In this document: piece after piece, positions 7,763 through 16,761 of the stretch
How the letters are laid out: each line of letters starts with the position of its first letter
Position numbering within the stretch: the first letter of the stretch is position 1
Source: Candidatus Poribacteria bacterium
GTDB lineage: Bacteria > Poribacteria > WGA-4E > UBA9662
Assembly: GCA_036339735.1 (NCBI GenBank)
Contig: JAYZAL010000091.1
Span: 1-22,183 of the forward strand
Direction: 5' to 3'
Length of the DNA: 22,183 bases
The notes under the pieces: model-generated
Seen by the model: only the letters and a program-made list of their open reading frames with translations
Databases searched by the model: none
Told to the model about the DNA's origin: nothing
Made by a program: the position numbers and the translations under genes

Positions 7763-8965
7763 TCAAGTGTTATCAAAATTTTCAAATAACATTGCGATCC
7801 CCATACCTCCGCCGATACACAATGATGAAATACCGCGTCTGAGATTTCTATTTTTCATTAGATGTAACAAGGTGGTAGTAATTCTGGCACCACTAGCGCC
7901 TAGCGGGTGTCCCAAAGCGATGGCTCCACCACTTAGATTAACCTTCTTCCAGTCTAGTTCCAGTTCTTTGATAACAGCTACAGATTGGGCTGCGAATGCC
8001 TCATTTAGCTCAAATATATCGATTTCATCTAATTTTAACCCTACTTTGGTTAATAACTGCTGGATTGCATGAACTGGACCAATACCCATGTATTTTGGGT
8101 CAACACCAACAGTTGTGTATGCTTTAACAACAGACATTATTTCTAGTCCGAGTTGCTTAGCCCTATCTTCTGTCATCATTAGTAATACTGAGGCTCCGTC
8201 ATTGATGCCCGACGAATTTCCGGCAGTAACGGTTCCATTACTCTGAAAACAAGGTTTCAATTCAGCTAAGGAGTCGATTGAGACGTCAACCCGTGGGTGC
8301 TCATCTTGGTCAAATATGACAGGAGCATTTTTCTGTTGCGGTATTTCAACTGGTACAATCTCGTCAGCGAATAGCTTAGTTTTTAAGGCCTGTTGATATT
8401 TTTTCTGGCTATGGAAAGCAAATTCATCTTGTTCTTGACGTGATAGATCATACTTGTGAGCTAGATTTTCGGCTGTGATCCCCATATGGTACTGATGGAA
8501 GGGATCTGATAATCCATCTTTGATGATTGAGTCTATCATTTGTAGGTGTCCCATTTTGTGTCCCCATCGTTGACCTGATACTAGAAAGGGGGTCTGGCTC
8601 ATACTTTCCATTCCGCCAGCAATCACTACTTTAGATTTGTCAACTAAGATACTTTCTGTGCCCATGATGATGGCTTTCATGCCGGAACCACAGACTTGAT
8701 TTACTGTGGCAGCTGGTACGCTGTATGGTAGTCCTGCCTTGACGCTGGCAATTCGAGCGGGGTTTAGACCACATCCAGCTGTGTAGACTTGACCCATTAT
8801 AATTTCGCTGATTAGATCGGTTTCTAGATTGCTGGTTTTGAGAATATGCTCAATCAAAGTTGTTCCCAATTGACTGGCTTCTAGTTCTCTTAATGAACCG
8901 CCGAAACTACCAATTGCTGTCCGTATTGCTTTTACAATTACTACTTTAGGAATTAGAGAACTCAT
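7763..8965 (-). CDS. atoB: Acetyl-CoA C-acetyltransferase (thiolase II type)
   Basis: RTAIGSFGG, NQVCGSG (catalytic Cys), GGMESMS, MGITAENLA, NEAFAAQ, GHPLGASG, LCIGGGMG. Confidence 0.95.
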   Translation of the reverse strand: MSSLIPKVVIVKAIRTAIGSFGGSLRELEASQLGTTLIEHILKTSNLETDLISEIIMGQVYTAGCGLNPARIASVKAGLPYSVPAATVNQVCGSGMKAIIMGTESILVDKSKVVIAGGMESMSQTPFLVSGQRWGHKMGHLQMIDSIIKDGLSDPFHQYHMGITAENLAHKYDLSRQEQDEFAFHSQKKYQQALKTKLFADEIVPVEIPQQKNAPVIFDQDEHPRVDVSIDSLAELKPCFQSNGTVTAGNSSGINDGASVLLMMTEDRAKQLGLEIMSVVKAYTTVGVDPKYMGIGPVHAIQQLLTKVGLKLDEIDIFELNEAFAAQSVAVIKELELDWKKVNLSGGAIALGHPLGASGARITTTLLHLMKNRNLRRGISSLCIGGGMGIAMLFENFDNT

Positions 8966-8984
8966 ATTTCTTTCTAATACTGAG

Positions 8985-11015
8985 TTAAATATAGTTTTGA
9001 CGGAGATGGCGGCGCATGACTTTGTTTGATGCAGTTCTTGGTAAGTGCTTAATCACGCGTAAGTCGCTTATCTTGAATAGAGGATTTAGATTTTGTCGAA
9101 TCGCCTCTTGCATAGCTGATTGCATTTCGGCTGGATTTAGTTGGTAATTGTTGTGAGGAACCACATAAACGATTAGTTTACTAGGTCCTCCCTCCTTGGG
9201 TGCAACAGCTACCGCTGCTGATTCTTTGACGAAATCAAGCTGGTTAAGTTCATTCTCAATCTGATTGGGGCTGACTTTGATTCCGCTTAGGTTCATGGAA
9301 TCATCAGACCTACCATGCGCACGGAAGTAGTTGCCAGGCAAACGTTCCATCTGATCACCGTGGCGCCGGCAGATACGGTTTTGATATAGAGGAATATCGC
9401 TGTAGTATACTTGGTGGTGATCTTGGTTCAGAAGTTCTGTTGATAATCCTACGGCAGGTGGTAATAAGAAAATTTCACCGTTGTCAGTTGGTTCGTGGTT
9501 TGCATTTAGGATAACTAATTCGCTACCTAAGGCTGGTGTAGAAAAACAGGCAGGTACAGAAGGTTGAACTACACTGCCGGTAATGTAACCTCCTCCAATT
9601 TCGGTGCCTCCGCAATATTCAATGATCGGTTTGTAATCGACCATTGTCGTCAAGTAGAACATATCTTCTGGATTAGAGCATTCACCAGTAGAACTCAAAA
9701 TTCTTATTTTTGACCAGTCATGTTGCTGAATATAATTGTTAGCTCGCCAATGCGAAACAAGGCTCGGCACTAGTCCCAACATATTGACTTTAGCTTGACT
9801 TACGAATTGTGAGAATTCGTCGGTAGTTGGAGCTCCATAATAGAGGGCCATGCTTGATTGATTAATCAGGGAAGCAAAAACTAGCCACGGTCCCATCATC
9901 CAACCAAGATTTGTTGGCCAACATAGACACTCTCCTTTCTGTATGTCATGATGCAAGTAAGCGTCACTAGCGGCTTTGATGGCTGTAGTATGTGTCCATG
10001 GGATTGCTTTTGGAGTACCTGTTGTTCCAGACGAAAAAAGAATTGTACAGTAATCTTTGGGGGAACAGGTTACTGACTCAAACTGATCGTTGTCAGATAA
10101 AAAAGTTTTCCAAACCAAGTCATGACCTCTTAGTTCGATGTCTGCATTACCCGTACAGATTACAATTATAGGGCCGGAGAAGGCTTCTTTAACTCGGTTA
10201 TACAAGGGTAACCTTTTGCCTGCTCGTAGGAGGTAATCCTGAGTTAATATCAAAGAAACATTTGCGATTTTCAGACGGACTTTAATTTCTTCGACGGCAA
10301 AACTATCGGCAATTGTGACTACTACTGCTCCAATTTTGATACAAGCTAAATAAATTGCCACTGACTCTAGTGTCATTGGCATATCGATTCCAACATAATC
10401 CCCTTTTTCAATTTTTTCATTGGTTAAGCTATTGGCAACACGGTTGACCAACAATTCCAAGTTTTTATAGCTGAGGCTAGAGACTTGGCCTCCTTCTGGT
10501 TGAAAAGCTATAGCTTGCGCATCATCTGCGGCACAGAAACAAGAATCGACAATATTCAGTTTTCCGGAACTAAGCCATTCTGGTGATGCCACACTATTTG
10601 TTGAATCCAGAATTTCACTATAAGGTTCTTTGAACTGGATATTTAAAAGGTTTATCATGTGACGCCAGAAGGTTGGTTTATTGGTAATTGACCAATTGTA
10701 TAAATCATCATATGAGTCAATGTTTGTATCTCGCATTAAGCTATAGATATTACTGTTTTTAATGTCATTTTCTTCTGGAGTCCAGACTGGAACAGGACTT
10801 TTGTTGGTATCCCAATCTTGATAGACATAGTGGTGGAGATATCTATGTACTTCAATCGGATATTTTTTATTCAGCACTTTTTTGGAAATATGGCGCCAAC
10901 GCTGATCGTGCGGCAGATCAGTCGGTAACCGATGTATATGATCAAAGATTTTTTTTGCTTCTGACTGGTCCAATCCCAGTTTTAGGAGTTCAGGTAAAAC
11001 AATTTTTACCAGCAT
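8985..11015 (-). CDS. AMP-forming acyl-CoA synthetase (acetate/acetoacetate-CoA ligase-like, resembling plant AAE17/AAE18)
   Basis: ILFSSGTTGTPKAIPWT P-loop, WPTNLGWMMGPWL, EYCGGTEIGG, RHGD, HGRSDD, LPRTASNKVMRR (A10 Lys). Ends 19 nt before the thiolase start. Confidence 0.9.
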   Translation of the reverse strand: MLVKIVLPELLKLGLDQSEAKKIFDHIHRLPTDLPHDQRWRHISKKVLNKKYPIEVHRYLHHYVYQDWDTNKSPVPVWTPEENDIKNSNIYSLMRDTNIDSYDDLYNWSITNKPTFWRHMINLLNIQFKEPYSEILDSTNSVASPEWLSSGKLNIVDSCFCAADDAQAIAFQPEGGQVSSLSYKNLELLVNRVANSLTNEKIEKGDYVGIDMPMTLESVAIYLACIKIGAVVVTIADSFAVEEIKVRLKIANVSLILTQDYLLRAGKRLPLYNRVKEAFSGPIIVICTGNADIELRGHDLVWKTFLSDNDQFESVTCSPKDYCTILFSSGTTGTPKAIPWTHTTAIKAASDAYLHHDIQKGECLCWPTNLGWMMGPWLVFASLINQSSMALYYGAPTTDEFSQFVSQAKVNMLGLVPSLVSHWRANNYIQQHDWSKIRILSSTGECSNPEDMFYLTTMVDYKPIIEYCGGTEIGGGYITGSVVQPSVPACFSTPALGSELVILNANHEPTDNGEIFLLPPAVGLSTELLNQDHHQVYYSDIPLYQNRICRRHGDQMERLPGNYFRAHGRSDDSMNLSGIKVSPNQIENELNQLDFVKESAAVAVAPKEGGPSKLIVYVVPHNNYQLNPAEMQSAMQEAIRQNLNPLFKISDLRVIKHLPRTASNKVMRRHLRQNYI

Positions 11016-11453
11016 CCAATTTTTTCCTTACTTCAGCTAAGAAAGTATAACGCTTACCACAAAACTATGGCCTGCTATAGCTGGGAGCGTTTCTATGTAG
11101 GTCTTTTATTTTTAAAGTGTGTTTCGCATTTGTCACAGGGCAAGATCTTAGTTAATCTGGAGGATTAAACTCAATTTCGATTAAGAACCCAAAGAAGATC
11201 TGCTTGTAGACGAAGCAAACAGTAATTTAGATGGATGGTTAGTATCCCCTTTTATTGCTCGAGGAAACCAAGGAAATTTCATGTTAGCAATTGATTTTGA
11301 ATGAGACCATGTGGTATCGTGATCCAATCATTGTTTTTTTAAATCTAAAGTTATTATTTTCAAAAAAACTCAATTACAAATACCCATCGAATATTATCAG
11401 ATATTTTATCAGTATTTACAACAACTTCCTTCGATAATTTATGTGATAGGTTT

Positions 11454-13373
11454 CTAAGGATAAAATTGGTACATTTCCGTATTTAGTAGAACACTTAAAA
11501 GGCTCCAAATGATACCCATCAAATAGTCTCCTAACACAAGTCCTAAAAAGAATGGTACTGCCTGCCTGTAGCTTCTTATTCCTCCATGTTTCAGGATTGT
11601 CCACTTCATTGTCAAACAAATAAGAATTGGCGCCCATAGATCTGACATTTCTTGGTTACTTGCCATTACATAACCTAGTGGATGTAGTGGTAACCAGAAA
11701 AATTTGACGCGTAAGTATGTCAGCACCATCATGATAGAAAAACCGATTCCTATAAATAAGACACTCATCCAATCGGTGTTGGTTGGATAAGTAATCCAGT
11801 TAGTTAATCGCCTGAAGTATTCTCGACCATATCCGAGTGCCCAAGGTCCAAAGTATCCAGAGTTGGCACCTTCCTGGTAGTACATATGCAGTTGAACCCA
11901 AAAGGCAACTATAATGCCAATAGCTGTGGAAATTAGAATTGCCCACATCATTCTCTTCTGACTAATACCAGTTGTTTCGGCAATTTTAAAAGCTTCTAAT
12001 TGATGTGGCATTTGTTGTGGCCGATAGTCTCTGTTGAAAAAACAGACGGATAAAATGGTTAGGTTTTGGGCGCCAAGTCGTCGAGTACCTAGGATAGTTT
12101 CCAGTGCGTATCGTGGTGCTAGCCAGTGGTAAGCGTGTACAAAGATTCCTGACTCAGCGCGGATTCGGGTAGTAATAATTGGAGTTATTAAAAAAAGGAG
12201 TGCAAAGATAATAGCTATTCCGAATGTCATTCCTGCTTTATACAGAGCAAAAGCAAATAGAAATAGGCCCCCGAAAAGCCCCCAGAAAGCCATTCGGTAA
12301 GGTATTGGCTGATCCATGTCGTCAATTGCTACTGGTTGACCTAGGGCATTTGATAGAACTTGTCTAAAGTGGTGTTTACCAGTCCAAACAAAGAAAATAC
12401 ATAAGCCGACGAAAGCGCCAAATGTTTGTTGGTCGAGATAGGGGAATTTAGGCAATCCCCGCCATCCCATAGTTTCAGCTAAAGCGACTTCATTTCGATA
12501 CAAAAAATAGAAAAGTGCCGTAGAAAATAGTACGTCGATAGGCATCAGAAACATAATTCCAATGGCGAAAGGATAAAAAGCAATAGTTATGCCACCATAG
12601 AGACTCAAAGGTAGTTCACTAAAGGCAAAGGAGCGTCGCGTGATTGGAAGTGACGGTAGTGATGGGTAGATGACACTTAGTCCGTTAAGCAGGCTTATGC
12701 TACTGGCGATGCCTATCCCTAACCACATCCGTTTATTTCTGAAGAAAACGGATGTGGAATTAGTCATTTCTACTGGCAGTTTAATAATAGGAAATGTCAG
12801 TCGCTCCCGATCTGCCCATTGTTGGCGAAGAATCGTATTTAAACAAAGAAAGATTATAGCTAATGTGAGGAATAGGAAGAGCCAGCCAAGTAATATAGGA
12901 ATCCACACTTTCAAATGATGTGGCAGATAGAAATTGGAATCGCCAGTATAGTAACCATGTAAAACGTCTTTGTCAGAAATGGTCAACCATTGAGGAAGAT
13001 AATCCCAGAAAAGTTCTTTCCACTCATTTTCTTCAGTGGCGAACCAAAATCCGTGTCCCAAGACCGACAATACAGCTTGCAACACGTCGCAACCTGCCAT
13101 GGTCGTAGTCAAGCTCAACATCACGTAGAGCACGATGAGCTCATCGGCACGTAACACTGAACTCGGCCATATCCAGCTCAAAATAAGATTAACCATAATG
13201 GTTATTGCCAGGATAAAGATGACATTCGACAGTGGAACAACCCAAGTTGGAAAGGTGTAGCGTACCAACTCCATCTGGATGAGAAAATAGCAGTTGATGG
13301 GAGCAATTAATGCAACAATGAATAAGGGTCGCCAAGTTAGTCCCAGATGTTGATCTCTGTTTTTACTGATCAT
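11454..13373 (-). CDS. Large polytopic membrane protein, DUF6785/DUF6784-like (putative OPT-related transporter), copy 1
   Basis: 639 aa with many hydrophobic segments; motifs ATEENEW, ILRQQWADRERLTFPI, RIRAESG, WLPLHPLGY, PFFLGLVLGD. The CDS is secure; family and function are recognised from memory. Confidence 0.75.
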   Translation of the reverse strand: MISKNRDQHLGLTWRPLFIVALIAPINCYFLIQMELVRYTFPTWVVPLSNVIFILAITIMVNLILSWIWPSSVLRADELIVLYVMLSLTTTMAGCDVLQAVLSVLGHGFWFATEENEWKELFWDYLPQWLTISDKDVLHGYYTGDSNFYLPHHLKVWIPILLGWLFLFLTLAIIFLCLNTILRQQWADRERLTFPIIKLPVEMTNSTSVFFRNKRMWLGIGIASSISLLNGLSVIYPSLPSLPITRRSFAFSELPLSLYGGITIAFYPFAIGIMFLMPIDVLFSTALFYFLYRNEVALAETMGWRGLPKFPYLDQQTFGAFVGLCIFFVWTGKHHFRQVLSNALGQPVAIDDMDQPIPYRMAFWGLFGGLFLFAFALYKAGMTFGIAIIFALLFLITPIITTRIRAESGIFVHAYHWLAPRYALETILGTRRLGAQNLTILSVCFFNRDYRPQQMPHQLEAFKIAETTGISQKRMMWAILISTAIGIIVAFWVQLHMYYQEGANSGYFGPWALGYGREYFRRLTNWITYPTNTDWMSVLFIGIGFSIMMVLTYLRVKFFWLPLHPLGYVMASNQEMSDLWAPILICLTMKWTILKHGGIRSYRQAVPFFLGLVLGDYLMGIIWSLLSVLLNTEMYQFYP

Positions 13374-13624
13374 GAAGTTAATACGATCCCGAATTCATAA
13401 ATTGTATCTATCTTGTATATTATTAACATAAATCATAGTGACTAACTTAAGTGGCTTCAAGATTATTTTTTTAGAAATTGCTTTGTTTAGTGTAAAATAG
13501 TGTTTTTGTGATATTGCAAGGATAACCCAATGTGTGACAAGAAGGCCTTTGTTATTTATCTGAAGCTTGGAATAAATCTTGTCCCATTGTTTGAATTTAG
13601 TTTTCAAATTAGTAGGAGGAATAA

Positions 13625-14653
13625 ATGAAAGCTCTGGTTTTAGAGGATTACAATGCGTTTGTCTACAAAGACGTTCCGAAGCCGGAATATGAACCAGACG
13701 AAGTTCTGGTTCAGGTAAAAGCCTGCGGTATTTGTGGTAGTGATGTCCATGGAATGGATGGTAGTAGTGGTCGTCGCATTCCACCCTTGATTATGGGACA
13801 TGAAGCCTCTGGTGAGATTGTGGAGGTTGGATCTGAAGTGAAAAATTGGAGTATTGGTGATAGAGTTACCTTTGATTCAACTATTTATAAATTGGAGGAT
13901 TGGTACACACGCAAAGGTTTGTACAATCTAAGTGAAGGTAGGATAGTGCTGGGAGTTTCCCCGGGAGAATATCGCCGCCATGGTGCTTTTGCAGAATATA
14001 TAGCTGTGCCTCATCATGTTTTGTATGAAATTCCTGAAAAAGTTTCTTTTACTCAAGCTGCTATGGTTGAACCAGTTGCAGTAGCATTGCATGCAGTAGG
14101 GCTTACTCCTATATCTGTCAACGATTCTGCCGTAGTAGTAGGAGCTGGAATGATTGGTTCGTTTATTGTACAAGCGCTTCGAACTGCTGGTTGTGGAAGA
14201 ATCATCGTGGTCGATTTGGAGCTTGGTCGGTTGGAGTTGGCAAAAAAGTTGGGGGCAGATTTTGGGGTTAGAGCAGATGGTAATGTGCTAGATAAGGTTA
14301 AAGAACTAACACACAACCGAGGTGCAGACGTTGCCTTTGAGGCTGTTGGTATTGACTCAACGGTGCAAACAGCTATTGATAGCGTGCGTCGTGGAGGAAC
14401 GGTTACGTTGGTTGGTAACTTGGCACCAAACGTTAATTTACCGCTCCAAAAAGTTGTTACTCAGCAACTTCGGTTACAAGGAAGCTGTGCTATTTGTGGT
14501 GAATATCCAGCAGCTCTTGAGATGATTGAGCGAGGAGAAATCAATGTTGATGCAATATTGAGCGCAGAAGTACCATTGGCTGATGGTGCTGAATGGTTTC
14601 AAAGATTATACAATAAGGAAAAAGGATTAGTGAAGGTGATTTTGACTCCATAA
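13625..14653 (+). CDS. Zn-dependent medium-chain sugar/polyol dehydrogenase (galactitol-1-phosphate/L-iditol dehydrogenase-like)
   Basis: Strong AGGAGG RBS; CGICGSDVH, MGHE, VEP catalytic-Zn motifs; GAGMIG nucleotide-binding motif with Asp at the end of beta-2 (VVD, NAD-type). Confidence 0.92.
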   Translation: MKALVLEDYNAFVYKDVPKPEYEPDEVLVQVKACGICGSDVHGMDGSSGRRIPPLIMGHEASGEIVEVGSEVKNWSIGDRVTFDSTIYKLEDWYTRKGLYNLSEGRIVLGVSPGEYRRHGAFAEYIAVPHHVLYEIPEKVSFTQAAMVEPVAVALHAVGLTPISVNDSAVVVGAGMIGSFIVQALRTAGCGRIIVVDLELGRLELAKKLGADFGVRADGNVLDKVKELTHNRGADVAFEAVGIDSTVQTAIDSVRRGGTVTLVGNLAPNVNLPLQKVVTQQLRLQGSCAICGEYPAALEMIERGEINVDAILSAEVPLADGAEWFQRLYNKEKGLVKVILTP

Positions 14654-14720
14654 TCGGCGTCACTAATGCTGAATGTATTCTGCGTTTGAATTTAGAACTT
14701 GGAAATGAGGTAAAACATTA

Positions 14721-15509
14721 ATGGTAGATAATTTCTTTGATTTATCAGGTAAAGTTGTAATAGTAACTGGTACAAGTCGAGGGCTTGGTCAATATATGGG
14801 TCGAGCATTGGCTAAATCTGGTGCAGATCTGGTTATTACGAGCCGGGACACCAGCTCATTGCTAGATTTCAAAAAAGAAGTTGAAGATATGGGCAGAAAA
14901 GTTCTTCCTTTGGAACTCGATGTGAGAAGTCACGATAGTATTCAAAATATGGTTCAGGCCACGATAGAATACTATCAGAAAATCGATATACTTGTTAATA
15001 ACGCTGGTTGTAACATTCGCAAACCATCAATGGAAATTACTTGGGATGATTGGGATACTGTAGTGGATACGAACCTAAAAGGGACTTTTTTCGTTTCTCA
15101 GGCTGTCGCCAAGTATATGATTCCCTGTAATTATGGTCGAATTATCAACATTGGTTCGCTAACATCTGTTTTTGGTTATGCAGGCCTCGCTCCGTATTGT
15201 GCCAGTCGCGGTGGAACAAAACAACTTACCATGAGTTTAGCTGACGATTGGGGGCCATTTGGTATCACAGTTAACTGTATTGCTCCTGGATGGTTTAAAA
15301 CCTTTCAAAACCAAGTGCTTTACGAGGATCAAGAGTGGGTTGAATATTTGGTTGATCGGATCCCTCTCAAACGTCCAGGGAGACCACAGGATTTGGACGG
15401 TGCTGTGGTGTTTCTGGCTTCCGATGCTAGCCAGTATGTGTCAGGTCAAACTCTGCTGGTTGACGGAGGTATGTCCACGGGATCAGTCCGAGCATTGCCG
15501 AAGTCATAA
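14721..15509 (+). CDS. Classical SDR oxidoreductase (gluconate 5-dehydrogenase/KduD-like)
   Basis: TGTSRGLG, LVNNAG, TNLKG, INIGS, active-site YCASR, VNCIAPGWF, VDGG. GAGG RBS; probably co-transcribed with the upstream MDR. Confidence 0.92.
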   Translation: MVDNFFDLSGKVVIVTGTSRGLGQYMGRALAKSGADLVITSRDTSSLLDFKKEVEDMGRKVLPLELDVRSHDSIQNMVQATIEYYQKIDILVNNAGCNIRKPSMEITWDDWDTVVDTNLKGTFFVSQAVAKYMIPCNYGRIINIGSLTSVFGYAGLAPYCASRGGTKQLTMSLADDWGPFGITVNCIAPGWFKTFQNQVLYEDQEWVEYLVDRIPLKRPGRPQDLDGAVVFLASDASQYVSGQTLLVDGGMSTGSVRALPKS

Positions 15510-15545
15510 TTGCTAGTTTAACCTGTAAAGAGAGTGTATAAACGT

Positions 15546-15750
15546 ATGCCTTATTTTTACCATGGAAGATAGCAATTCCCCGGGAGAAACGGGTATATCA
15601 TTAAACATAATACAGTTTCTGATCGATTGATCAAAAAGGCAGTTGATATGATCTGGCAACATATAGATGCTGATCGAAACGATCCGGAAACGTGAATCAA
15701 TGCTGGGCCAATAGGAAATCTCCCCCGTACCAATCATCTGAAAGTTTGGA
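15546..15750 (+). pseudogene. Degraded N-terminal fragment resembling a phytanoyl-CoA dioxygenase (PhyH)-family protein
   Basis: Frame from ATG 15546: MPYFYHGR*QFPGRNGYIIKHNTVSDRLIKKAVDMIWQHIDADRNDPET*INAGPIGNLP… This matches the PhyH-type start 'F..NGY.....V.......A.D.IW.....R.DPETW', with TGA at 15693 where Trp (TGG) is expected and an earlier TAG. The right boundary is approximate. Confidence 0.55.
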
Positions 15751-15920
15751 TTACTGGAAAGAGGGAATCTGGCCAACACGATCCGTCCTATAATCTGAGG
15801 CTGGTTGGATGAGATGTTTATTTAGCACACGCTCTGAAATTAAATTGGTTGTCTGAATTCGGTGGCTACAATCTAAATTTTGGATTGACCAACCAGATAC
15901 TTATGAATAAGGGGAAATCG

Positions 15921-16652
15921 ATGCGACTTCATAATATGCAGATTCACAGCACTCTTTCTCAATGTGCATCTGATGAAATGACTATGGAACGAATCATTAG
16001 TGAGGCAGAAAAGGCTGGACTTGAAACCATTGGCATTTCTGATCATATTGATTATTTAGATCCGTCTCGGGAGCAAAAATTATTAGAAAATTTTAGTCTT
16101 CGAGATAAACTTTGTCCAAATATCAATGTGCAGATAGGTTGTGAAGCATCACAAATAGATCGATGTACTATTGCTCTTGATATCGCGGCTGCAAAACAAT
16201 TTGATTTTGTCTTGGTTGCTTCCAATCATTATCACCTCAGTCACGTGGAAAACCCAATTGAAAGAAGTCCATCGGCATATGCTCAGCATCACCTCCAGAT
16301 GATTGAAGGTGCGATCAACTGGGGTTATACGACTATTATTCCACATCCATTTTTGTTAGCCAAGGTTCGTGATATAGATCATTTGGCTGTATTAGCTAGC
16401 TATGATCGACATCAACTGGAGTGTGTTTTGTCCAAAGCGGCTGAAAATCAGGTTGCTTTTGAACTCAACCCACGCCATCTGGGAAGTAGCCCGGATTTCT
16501 TTAAAGAATTAATAATTTTGGGTCAACAGGTTGGAATCAAATTTGCCTTAGGTACTGATGCTCATAAACCGCACGAAATAAAATATGATCAAACAGATCT
16601 CCAAACTCTGAATCAAATTGGTGTTTCCCAAGAACATTTATTAGCAATGTAA
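15921..16652 (+). CDS. PHP-domain metallo-phosphoesterase (histidinol-phosphatase/YcdX-like)
   Basis: NMQIHSTLS, IGISDH, IGCEA, NHYH, PHPF, FELN, GTDAH. Start placed at ATG 15921 (AAGGGG upstream) rather than the TTG at 15849. Confidence 0.85.
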   Translation: MRLHNMQIHSTLSQCASDEMTMERIISEAEKAGLETIGISDHIDYLDPSREQKLLENFSLRDKLCPNINVQIGCEASQIDRCTIALDIAAAKQFDFVLVASNHYHLSHVENPIERSPSAYAQHHLQMIEGAINWGYTTIIPHPFLLAKVRDIDHLAVLASYDRHQLECVLSKAAENQVAFELNPRHLGSSPDFFKELIILGQQVGIKFALGTDAHKPHEIKYDQTDLQTLNQIGVSQEHLLAM

Positions 16653-16761
16653 AGTAAAAAAGGAAATCAAATCTTAAAGCTTGAAATTGTATTGGAGAAG
16701 ATCGAGTTGAAAAATACAGATATTTTCTAAAGAGAAAAGAAGGTGGATTAGAAGAAATTCT

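Noticed and set aside
7635-8072. 145-aa plus-strand ORF
   Set aside because: Mostly antisense to the conserved thiolase C-terminus; a typical shadow ORF.
13528-13590. Imperfect inverted repeat (CAATG..GACAAGA / TCTTGTC..ATTG) upstream of the MDR gene
   Set aside because: Only a 7-bp perfect core with a long spacer in AT-rich DNA; not distinguishable from chance by eye.
13395-13784. 129-aa His-rich minus-strand ORF
   Set aside because: The His-rich part is the antisense of the MDR gene start and the rest crosses the AT-rich divergent promoter region.
15693-15695. In-frame TGA at a Trp-like position suggesting TGA recoding or an alternative genetic code
   Set aside because: Intact genes here use TGA as a stop (ends at 2886, 7763, 20235) and TGG for Trp; the fragment also has a TAG and indels, so it is better read as a pseudogene.
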